DNA of 64,000 bases, taken from NCBI GenBank assembly GCA_964016885.1, contig OZ024742.1:207080001-207144000 (forward strand), read 5' to 3'. A program made the translations under genes and the position numbers. Below the pieces are notes generated by a model. It had not been told where the DNA came from. It saw only the letters and a list, made by a program, of their open reading frames with translations, and did not search any database. Numbering within the stretch: the stretch's first letter is position 1; every line of letters starts with the position of its first letter. Shown in pieces: positions 39,848 through 54,506 of this stretch. The stretch comes from Eledone cirrhosa. Its lineage: Eukaryota.

Positions 39848-41132
39848 ATCATCATCATCATCATCATCAACGTTTAACGTCCGTGTTCCACGCTTGCATG
39901 GGTTTGGACGGGGGTAGTCCCACTTGAGGCAAGAGTGATTGTCTTGCTCGCATAGGACTGTCTGGCAGGTTTTCTACAGTTGGATGCCCTTCCTAACACC
40001 AACCACATTTACAGTGTGGGTCTGGGAGGTTTTTACCGTGTTGCCTACACGGCCACATTACAGCGTGGACTGTGTGTATTTTTGTCGTGACACCTACACG
40101 ATCTCATTTGTTTCGGCCTGGATGGTGTGGCACCAACACAACTTTACATATAACGGGGTGGCGTGGATGGGGTGGGGGTGGCGTGGATGGGGTGTGGGTG
40201 GTGGGACGGGGGGGGGGGGGGGGGTATTTTGTTAGAGATGCCTACTGGCTGTAGTAGGTTTTACTATGTATTTAGGTAAGGCGGGTCTTCTCTGTTACTG
40301 AGTACCGCCAAAGGTCTCGGTCCAGTGACATTGTCTTGGAGAGGTGTAAGTGTGTGAGGTCGGAGTTTATCAGCTCGTCCCAGGTTTTTCTAGGTCTGCC
40401 TACTCCGTGGCTACCGTCTAACTTTATTGCTCTGCACTTTGTTATACAGCTATCGACTTTCATGCGCATCACGTGTCCATACCAACGTAGCCTTCTCTCG
40501 AGTAAACAACATCTGATCCCTCTTATTTCTAATTTTTTCCTTCGTTCGTTTATGCTTTGCCGTTCACGTATATTACTGTTACACATCCAGCGGAGCATGC
40601 AAGCTTCGTTCCTCTCTAGTCTGCGTATATCCTCTGCACACAATGCCCAGGTCTCACTGCCATGCAACATTGCTGTTCGTATGCAGGCATCGTACAACCT
40701 GCCTTTCATTTTTAGGGAGAACCCTTTAGCAGCTAATAGTGGTATAAGCTCTCTGAACTTTTTCCAACCAGTTCTGACTCTAGCTACTGTACTTTCAGAG
40801 CACCCTCCCCCACTGCTGATTTTATCACCCAGGTAACGGAAACTGTCCACTATTTCTATAGAACCCTCTGCGCAATTGAAAGAGCTAGTATTTTGTGGGC
40901 ACTTGCTGCTATTTATTGCACCAGAGCACGGGCCACATGTAAAATATATGTTCTTAGTTAGCTTACCTGTGATCCCACTACATCTTTTATGCACCCATAC
41001 TTTGCATTTAGGACATAAAATGGAGTTTCTACCTACGCCTTTCCTACACACCGAGCACGACCATTTCCCAGAAGGGACCGCCGCCTTATTTTCTTTCATA
41101 CAAACTAGAACTTTAGTCTTAGCCAGGTTATA

Positions 41133-41169
<37 letters not shown>

Positions 41170-41338
41170 ATATAAAATAAAACAAGAACGAGTGGTAATG
41201 AAATAAATGATTATCATTTTTTTCATTTCCACTAAAAGGGTCTGACATCTGTCTAGCTCTACACCTCAATACAGCAGTGAACCTAAATATCGAGTGCTCA
41301 CTCAGTAACTTCGTTACACTCCCTGTTTATATATATAT

Positions 41339-41370
<32 letters not shown>

Positions 41371-41915
41371 TATCTTCGTTTAACGTCGGTTTTCCACGAT
41401 AATGGAACAGATAATGGAACAGGGGACTCTGTCAAAGGCTTTCTCCAAGTCGACAAAAGCTAAGTATAGGGGTTTACTTTTAGCTAGGTACTTCTCCTGT
41501 AGTTGTCGTACAATGAAAAGAGCGTCTGTGGTACTTTTACCTGACACAAACCCGAACTGCATTTCATCTAGTTCAATTCTCTCTCTGATTAGTTGCGCTA
41601 TTACTTTTTCTGTGACCTTCATGACCTGGTCGATTAATTTAATGCCTCTATAGTTACCCCTATCTAGGGCATCTCCTTTACCCTTGTAGCAGTTAATGAT
41701 GATGCTGCTACGCCAGTCCTTCGGAACAACCCCATTCTGTATGACTTGGTTTACTATCCGGGTGACCATAGTGTGTCCCACCGTTCCAGAAGCTTTCAGC
41801 ATTTCAGCAACTATTTCCGAAGGCCCAGTCACCTTACCAGTCTTCATATCTTTGATTGCCTTACTTATTATACTACCTTCCACTAACACTGCTGGTCCCT
41901 GTATTGGATCGATGT
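39848..41915 (-). mobile_element. RTE-clade LINE (interrupted), same family as 19598-21587
   Basis: ORFs 40272-41099 and 41380-42048: NYRGIKL, QFGF, FVDLEKAFDRV, FRYLG, RLRWYGHV, GRPRKTW; (GAT)n tail. Confidence 0.92.
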
Positions 41916-42005
41916 GATATATATCATCATCATCATCATCGTTTAACGTCCATGTTCCACGCTTGCATGGGTTTATATATATATATATATAAATATGCTT
42001 AGGGT

Positions 42006-42042
<37 letters not shown>

Positions 42043-42559
42043 AAACATTAATTGAAAAGGATTGAAGCAATGATTGTATATGAATTTTCATAAAATTGTA
42101 GGCATTTCAGCACACTGGGTAGCTGTAAACAGCTGAGTGCTATGGACATAGCAAAATGTTGGGTTAAAATATAACTACATATTGAGCAGAAGAATGGAGG
42201 GAGAGAATGGAGGAAAGTGAGTCTAAAGTATGAGATGAGAAATGTGAGAGATATATTTGAGACAGAGATAGAGAAGAGAAGAGAAGATAAGGTAAAAGCA
42301 GGAATGAGATCGATGAAGTAAAAATATTTTTGGAGAATTGTGAATGATAAAAAATAATGGAGAAAGGAGGAAGAATGCAAACAAATGAGAAACATAGAAT
42401 TATAGCACCATGATGACCTATTCAGCTTCCTTCTAGACCACACATTTTTGTGCAGTAAAACAATGTACCATGTATATAAGGCTAGCCCGCACAACAGAAC
42501 CAAAATTTATGTTAGTCTGATGCTGGAATAAGGGAACAAGAGAGCAGTGGGACATGTCT

Positions 42560-42950
42560 ACATAGGTAAGGGTTGGCATGAATACCACATTGAAGATAGG
42601 CGAGTTTGACTTTTATGCCTACCTCACTTCTTCTGACAACTGAATGCTAAAGCTGGCACATTACTGCACTAGCTCCTGCAATTCTTGTACTTATTTTAGC
42701 CTCCTGCTTTCCATCACTCATGAACATCGCCCCAAGATACTTGAACTTCTCTGCTTGCTTCAGTGGAACTCCATTCACATGTAGAGTGCACTGCGCAGAC
42801 TTCCTTGAAAGGAAGAGTGCCTCAGTTTTCGCAGCACTGATTTTCATTCAAGCCATGCAGCACTGCAGCACTTGAGTGCAAGTCGGAGATCACCTTCTGT
42901 CAAATAACACCATGTCGTCTACAAATTCCAGCTGACTGATTTTACACCTG
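42560..42950 (-). mobile_element. RTE RT fragment (older family; related pieces at 2330-2570 and 55975-56200)
   Basis: MKISAAKTEAL..LKQAEKFKYLG. Confidence 0.65.
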
Positions 42951-43119
42951 CCAGTCATTAAAACCACTTCCAATCTGCCTGCACATGTCAATCTTTCTTG
43001 GTGGAGCTGTTCTGCTAGAGAACTTGTCACAGGTGGTGGATAGTGACATGGCCACTAGAAATTTGGATTCAGAGCATAAAATGGTGAAATTAAATATCAT
43101 AAAGTATTCTTTCTGACAC

Positions 43120-44240
43120 TCCACTGATACTGCCAATCCACCAGCCTCAGTTAATAATTGTTTCTACTTTTGACACAAAGCAAGCAATTTGAAGGGGAGG
43201 GGAAAGTCGATTAAATTGACCCCATTGCATTACTGGTACATTATTTTATCAACCCTGTAAAGATGAAAGGCAAAGCTAACCTTGGTGGGATTTAAACTCA
43301 GAATTTAAAGGGCTATAACTATATGCTGCAAAGCATGTTGTCCAATGCTTTACCAATTCTACTGCCAATCCACCACCTTACCCATTTTAATTAATGGCAG
43401 TACTATGTAATCAAGAGCTCACAATTTAATTTTCATTGTTGGAAAATTGCCTGTGATAAATTAACATCTTATCCAGGTGGAAGAAGTTTTAAGAGTAAAT
43501 GGAAACTAGATTTTTATGTTTGATTCTACAATTCCTTGAGAATCCATTCTAGTGGCACTGGAATTGAGAAATGTTGGGTGAGATCTGAACTCAAAATATT
43601 GATATACACAACTTTACACCACAAAATATGATTTGTATAATGTTCTAATATTTCAGCCAACATTTCTTTTTGAAAGATAATATAGCAATTGATTAATAGA
43701 TGTTTACCATTACCATGAAGCCATTAAGTATGAGATACAGACACTCCTTCCATACTGCCAATCCACCATTCAGAGTTAATAATTGTTTCTACTTTTGACA
43801 CGAAAAGCAATTTGAAGGAAAGGGGAAAGTTGATTAAATTTACCCCATTGGTACTTTCTTTTATCAACCCCATCAAGATTAAAGGCAAAGCTAACCTTGG
43901 TAGGATTTGAACTCAGAATGTAAAGGACTGTAACTATTTTATTACTGTATATTACTGGTAATTATCAGCTCCAAAAGAATGAAAAAAGGTAAATTTGACA
44001 TTAATGGAATTTGAACCATATATTTCGTCATATAATGGAACACAATTAAATAATTATTTCGACATTTGGCGCACGGCCAGCAATTTGAAGGGTAAGTTGA
44101 TTACATTGGTTTTAGTGCATTACTTTATTTTATCGACCCCATAAGGATGAAAGACAAAGCTAGCTGTGCCAGGATTTGAACTCAGAACACAAAGAGCTGT
44201 AACTCTATGCCTCACAGCATGCTACCAATCCTGACTATAT
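43120..44240 (-). mobile_element. cluster of diverged SINE family A copies
   Basis: three or more degenerate matches (GGATTTGAACTCAGAA, GATGAAAGGCAAAG, TGCCAATCCACC). Confidence 0.75.
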
Positions 44241-44609
44241 ACTGAATGTTAGAGCTACAATGGTAATATCTGATAAATGCTATTATTTTGATAAAATAAA
44301 CTTCATTTTTCTCAAAATGGATTGAGACTTATTCATTAATTTTAAACCTTTGATCATCATCATCATCATTGATCATCATCATCATCATTTTACGTCCACT
44401 TTTCCCTGCTTGCAAGGCTGGGATGGGAACTGATTCTGTCTTGATTTCTACAGCTGGATGCCCTTCCTAACACCAACCTCATTTACAGTGAGTGGTGGGT
44501 GCTTTTTTCTGTGGCGCCTACATGTCCACTTTACAGTGTGGGCTGGGTGCTTTTTTGCTGTGGCACCTCCACAACCACTTTGCAGTGGATGATAGGGACT
44601 CCAGTCCTA

Positions 44610-44757
44610 TCATCTCATTTCTACAGCTGAGTAAACTGGAGCAATGTGAAATAAAGTGTCTTGCTCAAGGAAACAACACACCAACTGGTCTGAGAATTGA
44701 ACTCACAACCTTTCGATTGCAAGGCCAATGCTCTAACCACTAAGCCATGTGCCTCCT
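44610..44757 (-). mobile_element. tRNA-derived CORE-type SINE
   Basis: TGGCTTAGTGGTTAGAGC (A box), GAGTTCAATTC (B box), CCTTGAGCAAGACACTT core; fragment also at 60184-60255. Confidence 0.7.
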
Positions 44758-47700
44758 TATGAAAATCATAATCCACCATCATCTTTGAAAAACAAATTAC
44801 CACCACCATTTCATCACCAGCATGTTACAGATAAATAATGAGTTTCGTGAGATTTCAGTTAATAGGCATGAATTTAATTCCTTTGCTTTAGATTTTGCTT
44901 ACCTTGTTGCAATGTGAACTCGTAAACAGATTTCCTATTTCCATGGAAACTAATTATTTGTTTTATATCCTTTAGAATTCTGTGGTGCAGATTTTATAAA
45001 ACTAAGCAAATTATACTATGAAAGAATTAGTTAAAGCTAAAATCTGGTTTCTTAAAACCATTCATCACTGATTTAATGTTTGATGGCATTTGGATATGTA
45101 ATTGGCTACTTTGCTATTCTCTACATGATTGTATTTATCAAATCTATAATCCTGTTAATCAAACTTTCTGAAAACAAACTTGTCTTGGACAGAAGAGAAC
45201 TGAAGTTAAGGAAATGGCTTTTTTTGTTTGTTTGTTTCATTCTTTATAGAACTTATAACCAGAGATAATGATTGGAAGGTTTGTTTATTTCATACTTTCT
45301 TTGCTTTGTTTAATTTTTCCATTGTATGTACTGCTTTTATATTTGTGATCAAAAGCAAATTTATTTGCTTAATAGAATTAGGACTCAGTATAGTTGAGAG
45401 CCAATATTTTCCTCATTCGCTTATAAGAATGCAATGTATAATCTTTTATGAAGGTTTTGAAAGACAGAATCTTGAAACGATTAATGGATTATTGACAAAA
45501 TGTTTTTTTAATTCCTTTATTTGTTTTGTTTCAGTGAATTGATATATGCGTCATCTTTAAAGAAGAAAATATTTCAAATGATTTCTTGAAAATAATAAAA
45601 ATCAAATATTTTCAGAATATAAATTGTTATGGCCTTTTCCCCCTTGATAAATGAATATAAAGAAAAATTAAGGCCAAATAGTTTAATGTTAAAATGGTGG
45701 ATTATTCAACAAATACCAGTATTAAAGTTAAAGCATGAATCTGAATTCAAACCCTGATATAGATTGTTTTGATATAGATTATGAAGAACATTTATTTATA
45801 ACTTGATTTAACTTTTTCATTACCATATTTCTAATGAAAGACATTAGCTATGGTTTTCAAATAATTTTGAAAATAATCAAGTATTTAGAGGGATTTGATA
45901 ATATAACTAATATTATTAAGCTGGTCTTTGGAACATAAAAAAGGGTTCTTACATAAGATTATAATGTATTTATATCATAGAACTAGTGGCAGAACATGTG
46001 GTTTAGCATCAAGAGAGTTAAGGAATATGTAAATGAACTTTCAAAAAGCTATCTGATATTCAATATGGGCAATTGTATGCAATAGCAATGCATATAAACT
46101 GTTGATCCACTAGAATTGAGACAGTAATAAATTTAGAAGATATGTTATGCGTGTTTTATAACAATATCTTTAAATTCAATTTCAAAAATAATTTGTGATA
46201 ACTTGATTAGGTCATTTAAAGAGTAATAATACTCTTGAGCATTTTAAACCGAAGGTATCCAGCCAGAATTCTCTCACCTCTTTCTGTTCAAACTGGCCGT
46301 AACTGGCTACTTATACTGATATTAAGGTATTATTCTCAAAATAAATAATATCAAAATCTCATAGATTTAACATTATGTGAGATAAAGCCTTTACTGCAAA
46401 AATGCAATAGTAAATATAGAGTAATGCAAATGCTAAAGGATTAAAAAATTAGCAACAGAATAAAGACATTTCGACATATCCTGGGTGGTGAATTGACAGA
46501 TTTTAATGTTAGACAATATGCCTTGCTCCTTGTATTCTGAGTTGAAATCCTACTGAAGTCGATTTTGGATTTCATTCATCTGAGGTCAACAATTAAAGTA
46601 TCAGACTAAGGCCGTAGACTGTCAGAATCTTTAGAGAATTTGACTGGATTTCCTGAAGTATTTGTTCCAGTTCTTAGTGTTCTGAGTTCAAATCTGGCCA
46701 GGGATGATAGATTTAATCATGTATCTGGTTTAGCACCACTATGTTGCTCTTGGTTGCTTTTTGTGTAGTCATTTCTGTTGCAAGCATTCAGCTCTGGTCT
46801 CTGGTTTGAGAATTCCTTCTTTCCTTCCTTTAACCAATCTTGGAAGCCCTGAAATGGGTCATGTATAGGTACATACATCAGTTGGACTTTGGAGAAGTGA
46901 TGCAGTAATGTCCAGTGCATGTATGTGAAAGAATTTGTGGTAACAGGTGCAAAAGAGGTAGAAGAAGTGTAGATCATTGGCTGATACAAAAGTATTGCGC
47001 TTCACAAACATACAACCAATTATCATACCGGCAAAAACAACTAACATGCCAACAAGTGTATGTCTACATATTCACTTCAACCTGTTAGAAATAGCAGCCA
47101 CATTTCCAACACATCATACTCTACAAACTTAAGAAGAAACCAGAACACATTGAAATAATGTGATCTTAGATGCAGTATGTTGAAATAAAGATGGAATGGT
47201 TACAGCTGGATGTCTTTCAACATAGGTTTGTTCAAACAGTGCTGATCTGAAGTGAAACAGCAACTTTAAACTGGAAGCTGCCACGACTGTTTTCTATAAT
47301 GGATTGCATAAGTTATTTTAGTTTATTTTATTACTTGACACAAAGTACCTAATAGAACTGCAGCTTATTTCAGAGTTTTAGCATTGTCACAGTCCAAGTA
47401 AATGTAATTGTTAGTGACAGAAGAAATGCCTTAACACCCAGAATTAAGGTTTTGCCAACTACATCCAGTCTTCTCATGGCAGAAAAATAGGGCCTTTGGA
47501 ACCTTGCTAAAGGCGAATGTTGACAATATCGGGCTAACATATAGATTGATTAAATCAATGTCAATATTAAAAATGAGCAGACCCTGTGCTGGAGTGATTA
47601 TAAATATTACTGGGTGGGGGGAACTCATGTCAATGGAGAATGTGTTTGAGCTCATATCTATTAATAAACTTCCAGAATTTTTAAGACCATAGTCTGGACA

Positions 47701-48573
47701 ACTAGTGATAGAGATGCAAAAATAAATAAATAAATGAGAGCTTTATTTTTATTTGTGATGTGAATGTTGTGTTAAAGATCTGAGCCAGCTATATTCTAGA
47801 TTCTATTATTTTAAATGCATGAGAGACATGTGATTAAAGGAACATAAGAGAACACTGGGAATCTAAACTATCTATATTGCTCTCACATTAAATATATAAC
47901 AAATTCCTGAATGATTCCTCATTTCCCACAGGTTACTTCTAGAATGGCCTATCTACTGTATTCATGAGATCTATGAAACTATCAGGGAGGTCAGCATCTT
48001 AAAATAGAATATCTTCCCACTATTCTCTTTACAGATCTATTCTCGGTGTCACACAGAATTTCTATGCTTATTTATAGATATTTTCCAAAATAAATCACTT
48101 AAATTTTAACCCCTACATAGTTATCCAGTCTGAGGGAATAGGTGCTAAATCTTCTTCAAATCTTATTTTACCATATTACAAAATGAAGTTCGTATTAGAT
48201 ATAAAGTGTAAACAACACAGTGGCTAAAAGTGTTGATACTAAATAAGAATAAGAGCGCAAAGAACAACAACCAATAGAATTAAAACATCTCAATTATTGG
48301 TAATATACTGCAAGAGTATTGCTAATATACTGGAAGAAAGAATATCTTGCAGCATTTAGTTTCATTCATTTACATTCTGAGTTAAGATATACTTCACCTT
48401 CACAGATTTTTTAATAGTCTGGTCTTGCTACAAGGTTATCACAACAACAAACATTTTAAGAAAAACGTTTCTGTTAAAACAGCAGTAAGTCTTGCAAGCT
48501 CCATGTCAACTTTTTAATTGTGCTAACCATAATTTATATATATACACACATATATATATATATATACATATAT

Positions 48574-48660
<87 letters not shown>

Positions 48661-49571
48661 TATATATATATACATATATACACATATTTTTCTACTAAAT
48701 CAGGAGTTACCCTTGCAGGCTTTACAACAGTCTTCTAATTGTGCTAATCATAATTCATATTTTGAGACTGTATGTTCTTCCTAACAGCAACCATTTTTAT
48801 TACCTCATGACATGTAAAGATAGAGTGTACGTACATATTCTAAAACCAAGATACACATGTTATAGTGAAGGAGAGGGGCAAAAAACACCCTCAACTTTTT
48901 ATTTTTGTCTGTAATTAAAAAGATATTGAAAGTGAGAGTTGTTATACATCTCAATTAACTATATTCCATCTCTACTATTTTAAATCTACCCATCATATTT
49001 TGCTGTTTGTTATAAACTGCCTGAGTATCTGTACCTAAAATGTTCCTTTCCAAAGAGCAGGACTGAGCTTTTTTTTTGTTTGTTGAAGACCAGCAGCTGC
49101 TCACAAATAAACTATTTCTCTCTCTATGTCACTGATGTCCAAGGGAAAAGCAAAGCAAATCTAGATTGGTACTAGTGCTGTTTCTGCCATTGCTGTCAGA
49201 GCTGGAATAGAAACTGCATTTCATGCCATTTGACACTAATTATTCCAGTAATTCATGTTCCTGTTCTGGTACTTTGCTGACCGGTCATGAAAGGATGAAA
49301 AACAAAGTTTACCTTAGTGAGATTTGAACTCAGAATGCAGAACAAATAATACACATCTTTGACCAAAAATGTTTGGCTTTGTTGTGTCAGAAACTCATTA
49401 TTTTTCCTATCACTAAATATAATGGATATTCACTTCATTTATGTTTTTGTGGTTCTGAGTTAAAATCTAAGGTTGATTTTACCTTTCATCCTTATGGGGT
49501 CGATATAGTCCAGCCCCTCCTCAAACTGCTGGCCTTAAGCCTAAATTAAAAATCATTATTAATCCTGTATT

Positions 49572-49757
49572 GGTGGTGGATTGGCAGTATCGGTAGAGGG
49601 TCGGATGCCATGCTTTGACGCATAGAGTTACGGTCCTTGCCATTCTGAGTTCAAATCCTACCGAGGTTAACTTTGCCTTTCATCCTTACGGGGTCGATAA
49701 AATAAAGTACCAGTTATGCACTGCTGAATTGCTGGCCTTGTGCCAAAAGTAGAAACA
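49572..49757 (+). mobile_element. SINE family A
   Basis: full copy with 17-bp TSD ATTATTAATCCTGTATT (49555-49571/49758-49774), inserted at the tail of an older copy. Confidence 0.9.
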
Positions 49758-50349
49758 ATTATTAATCCTGTATTTTTGTTCATCAAATTACCCTTTTTCT
49801 CTTTTCTATCTCCTACTCCATCCAGTTCTCACACTAGTCCACCTCTTCTGTTTCATGCATTTTAACACAAAGACATGTTCATACCAGCACATGCACACAT
49901 ACACACAAACACATTCTCTCTCTCACACACACACAGACATACACATATGCATGCTAACACAATATTTATAGAAAACTGTTTTCTTTAACTTTTAATTCTG
50001 AAATATCACATGCATATACTCACATACATGCATACACACATACTAATACACTAAAACACATACACACACAAGACATATTCACATACTAATACATTCAAAT
50101 ACATACACTCATAAGACAGATACACATATGTACATAAACACATACTCATACATGCATACACATATGATAATACACTCAAACACATACGCATGCATGCATG
50201 CATACATCTATACTAATACACTCAAAAACATACACATACACATACACATACACATACATGTACACACTCATACAGAATCTTTAATTCAAAGCCGTATAAT
50301 TTTTTAAAATTCTTAATTCTAAAATTAATTCTAAAATGCTACATACGCC

Positions 50350-51000
50350 ATCCTGATGTTCATCACTAACACCATCATCAGTAACATCACCACCAGCACA
50401 ATATGACCACATTCCTCATCATTACTGCCAGCAACACCATAGAAAAAGCACCCCAACCCATCACCACAAAAGTAACTATTCTATATACCCTCATATCACC
50501 ACCTCTATCATAAACCATGACCACTTCTGATGATGGCTGGCCACCAAAACTACTACAACCAGCATTATCACACCCACCACCTCTGCCACCATCACTGTCA
50601 TCATCCCCACCATCCATTGCCATCCATCTCCCCCATTACTGCCATCACTTCTACATCCATCCCTCTTCCCATGACCATTACAACCATTGTTGGCATTACA
50701 CCTCAGAACCATGGCCACCACTACACAACACCACTGTCTCCACTACTACCACCACAATCATCACCGCAACCATCCACCATCACCATCAACATCACCACCT
50801 CTGACCCACAGTACCCCCATCAGTATCATGTCATGTTTCACTCTACCACAACCACCACAATCACCACCTTCACTATCACTACCACCACAATCAACACCTC
50901 CACTAACACTAACACCACCGCATTCACCACATCTACTACCACTACCATCACCATCACCATCACCTCCACAACCATTACCATTAAGACCCATCACCTCCAT
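50350..51000. repeat. degenerate (CAC/CAT)n low-complexity tract
   Basis: source of the His/Thr/Pro-rich spurious ORFs. Confidence 0.85.
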
Positions 51001-53386
51001 ATGCCAGAAGTAGCTTTGATATACACACATTGTGCATACAATGGGCAACAGCCAAACTTTACCAATTCATTCGGCCATCTGCAGCTTTTCCTCCTGGAGG
51101 GAATATTCCAGTGTGGGGAGGTGGGGATATGTGGGTTAGGAAGTGTATGTGTTGGTGTTGTTTGTGGTGGTAGTGATGGGAGCCTAGAGACTTGCAATGT
51201 CAGTGAGTCATGTCAACATATATCATTGCTATTTCTGAAACTTTACAGTCAGGGTGTGTGACAAGACTAGAGCGGGATACAGCAGGGTTGTGGCTGACGT
51301 TTGTGCAGTTGTGTGTGGATATGGCTGTAAGAGTATGTTAGCTGGTGTTGTTTAGTCCCAAGAGACACCCACCATTCACTACTGCTGATAAGGGAGGAAG
51401 GATTGAAGATTGGAGAAGAAATACACTGATCAAGAACAACCATGATCAAAGGCATTCCACCCATGACTATTCAGTCTTTTTTGTGTGTCAGGGCTCCATG
51501 ACCACATTAACCATTGTCTCCTTTTCCATGATGTTAAGATGTAATTTGAGGGAGATTTGGCTTTTATTTTGAACAGAACAAGCAATTGCATAAAGATTTA
51601 TTTTTAGCTGATGGTGGTAGTAATGGCAGCGCTGAACATAATGAAGGTTGTAGTGGCTGTGGTCATGGTCATTATAGTGTTAGTGGTAGTGGCAATTTTT
51701 TCTGGGAGTGGTGGTTGTGGGGTGTTGATGATGGTTCTTTGGATGATGATGATTGTATAGTTGTTTAGTTGTGGATTACCCTTAACTAAGCAGGCCTATG
51801 ATGAAAGGCTTTCTATCAATGACCTTATATGTTGGGAACTCATGTCCCAATTATCCAATATGTCCTTTTTAAAGATAATTCAACTTCTTAGAAAGAAATG
51901 AACCACTTAGATAATGCATTCCTCAGAACATCATCCTAGTCTGCTTGTAAGGTAATATTACATTTATTATGGTATATGGGTATATAAATAATACCTTATG
52001 GAATAACACCTATACATTGCATAGTTATGGATGACCCTTTTGAAAGGGTTATGATGAAGACCTGGTCTTGCAGCATTGTGTGTGGTTAAGTCAGGTGACA
52101 GAATCTCATAGGATCAATCACTGGTTGATTCAACCATGATGCTGGGCAGAAGAATCCTAATGGATCAACAGGTAGGATCAGACAGTGAATTACTGCAAAT
52201 GGCATCTAGAAGGGCATCAAGCCTCAAAATATAGCTCCACATTTTCCTTTGTATAATGATTAATTTATAAAGAATGCAACCAATCAATGTTGCTGGATAA
52301 AGTGGACGATGATGATGGTGATGATGATGGAAGAAACTTTTATTGATCAAGCACCAGCAGCATTGAATCTACACTCTACAACCACCAGTCGAAATTTCTC
52401 AGTCATGGTTGTCTCACATCTTCCAGATAAGATCCCCTACAGCCAACTGTGAAATGAAAAATGACTAGTCGGAGGATCAAAGAAATATTTAAAAAACTCA
52501 CTTGAAGACAACTTTGAAGATCAGTATGTATTTAAGAATGGAAGACATTGTTACCCATCATTCAGCTTAGTTGTTGAAATGTTAATGAGGGAGGTGGGGA
52601 TTGAAGATGTGGAGGCAAAAGAATCTCAGCACTGCCAAATTTGAAGCTGCACATTGAGGAGTAGGCTGTATAATCATCAACATATTCATATATGAAGAAA
52701 AGATGACCACAATGAAAGCATGCTAATTCTTAAATAAAGTATCACTTAATAAAAGACAGGATAATCATAGCTTGTTTTTCATAATATAACATAGAAAGAG
52801 AGATGAGAGACATATAGGTCCCAAATATATATACATAGTGGACACATATCTGTAAACATATTTTCATTACATGCATGTGTAATATACACACACACTCATA
52901 CACACACAGACACACATGCACAATCATACACACACATACACACACACTCATGCATAAACATATGCACACACACACACACACAGAACACATACAAACCTGT
53001 GTACAAACAATGTCACATTTATGAAGACAACCAAAAATTTATATATAAGTTCTGAGACACACAGATGCAGCAATACACTTTCAAAGATCAACAAATGCAC
53101 AGACAAACATATAAACGCAAATATATACGTATTTCCTCAATCAACTTCACTCGGGTGGTCTGCAAGACTGGAGCAAACTGTTCAGTTTTGGGACCCTCGC
53201 ACTCAGGATCCAGATGGCAGGCAACCCAATGGCAGGGGACGGACTGGGCCCCTCCTTGACTTAAGGAAATATCGCTTCCTTCAATGACCCTTTGCCTGCA
53301 AGACTTTCCACCCTCTAATGCTGCCAACAAACACTGACTCAGTGCATGCAGTCCAGTTCTGACTGCATAAAAGATCTCCATCACAG

Positions 53387-53436
53387 TCCCAATTGACCCC
53401 CACCGGTCTGCGCAGACCGGTGGGGGTCAATTGGGA
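53387..53436. repeat. perfect 50-bp GC-rich palindrome
   Basis: TCCCAATTGACCCCCACCGGTCTGC|GCAGACCGGTGGGGGTCAATTGGGA. Confidence 0.95.
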
Positions 53437-53684
53437 TTCACAGGGAAACGGGTGAAGAACTCAAGAGCACACGCTTTGTCCGTTCCCATGCCGATTCAAT
53501 TTGGATTGCCTCGGAAACATTACCTTATTATGTAAGGAGCTGCCTGATGATGTCACGGCACTGGGCACACCGAACCGTGTGGCCACTGTCGTCATTGAAA
53601 TATGTATCACAGCATTATCATTAAATTACTTTACCATCTGAAACTACTTCGCTTTTTCTTATTCGATATATACTCCGTCACTCC

Positions 53685-54215
53685 TGTAGTGACCTATATT
53701 CCGCGGGCTCACATACATTCTCTGTGCGTGATTTGGCTCAGTTCAGCCAATCAGCGCCAGTAGAAGAGGATGTATCCCTACGCGCCCTGAGGAAGAAATT
53801 CCCCGCGAAGATTTGAAGAATCTATCTCTTGTACCAGGAACTTCGAACCAGCAACACGCATAATGTAACGGTGAGATTTTGCACCCTAGCCTCGCCGGCT
53901 TTCCGGCGCAATGGCACATTCCCTTTTGTAACCTTTTTTTATCTGTAACTTCAACCATATAAGTTAACAAACATTGTTTGTGCTAAATCAAAAATAAACA
54001 TACATTTCATCTCTAATTTCTGCTGTTGAAATCATTATTATGTTACTCGTGTCTCAATAACATCAATAATCCATGCTGCTGGAATTGGCGACCTGACGAA
54101 GGGAATATTGTAAATACAAAGATGGTAAATAGATCGAGGGACCTTCCCTCACGTCTATATCGACAAGACAATCCAACGAGGATACCATCATTTTACCACA
54201 CTGGCGACCACGACT
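53685..54215 (+). mobile_element. possible LTR-retrotransposon LTR/PBS remnant
   Basis: TGTAGTG/TGTAACG starts, CCAAT, AATAAA, two TGGCGACC PBS-like motifs (~54086, ~54202); no pol ORF. Confidence 0.3.
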
Positions 54216-54435
54216 ATCCATTCTGCTACTCTGCTAAACTCCTATGTGGAAAAAGTACGTTGAGTGCTTGAATTGAATTGCATCAATATTTACCTTAAGT
54301 ATATATATATATATATTTATTAAAATAACAGATTCTGTTATTTTAATAAATATTTGCTCTTCGGTTCTTATATATTTGATATATATTTTCCTTATCGAGC
54401 CCTCTCTGGATTTTAGTCTTCAATTTTATTATTAT

Positions 54436-54506
<71 letters not shown>

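Noticed and set aside
44800-49400. Possible host exons in the repeat-poorer stretch
   Set aside because: No ORF with recognisable protein features; small exons cannot be excluded without RNA-seq
50387-51261. His/Thr-rich ORFs (mucin-like)
   Set aside because: Degenerate CAC/CAT low-complexity DNA with no domain or splice evidence
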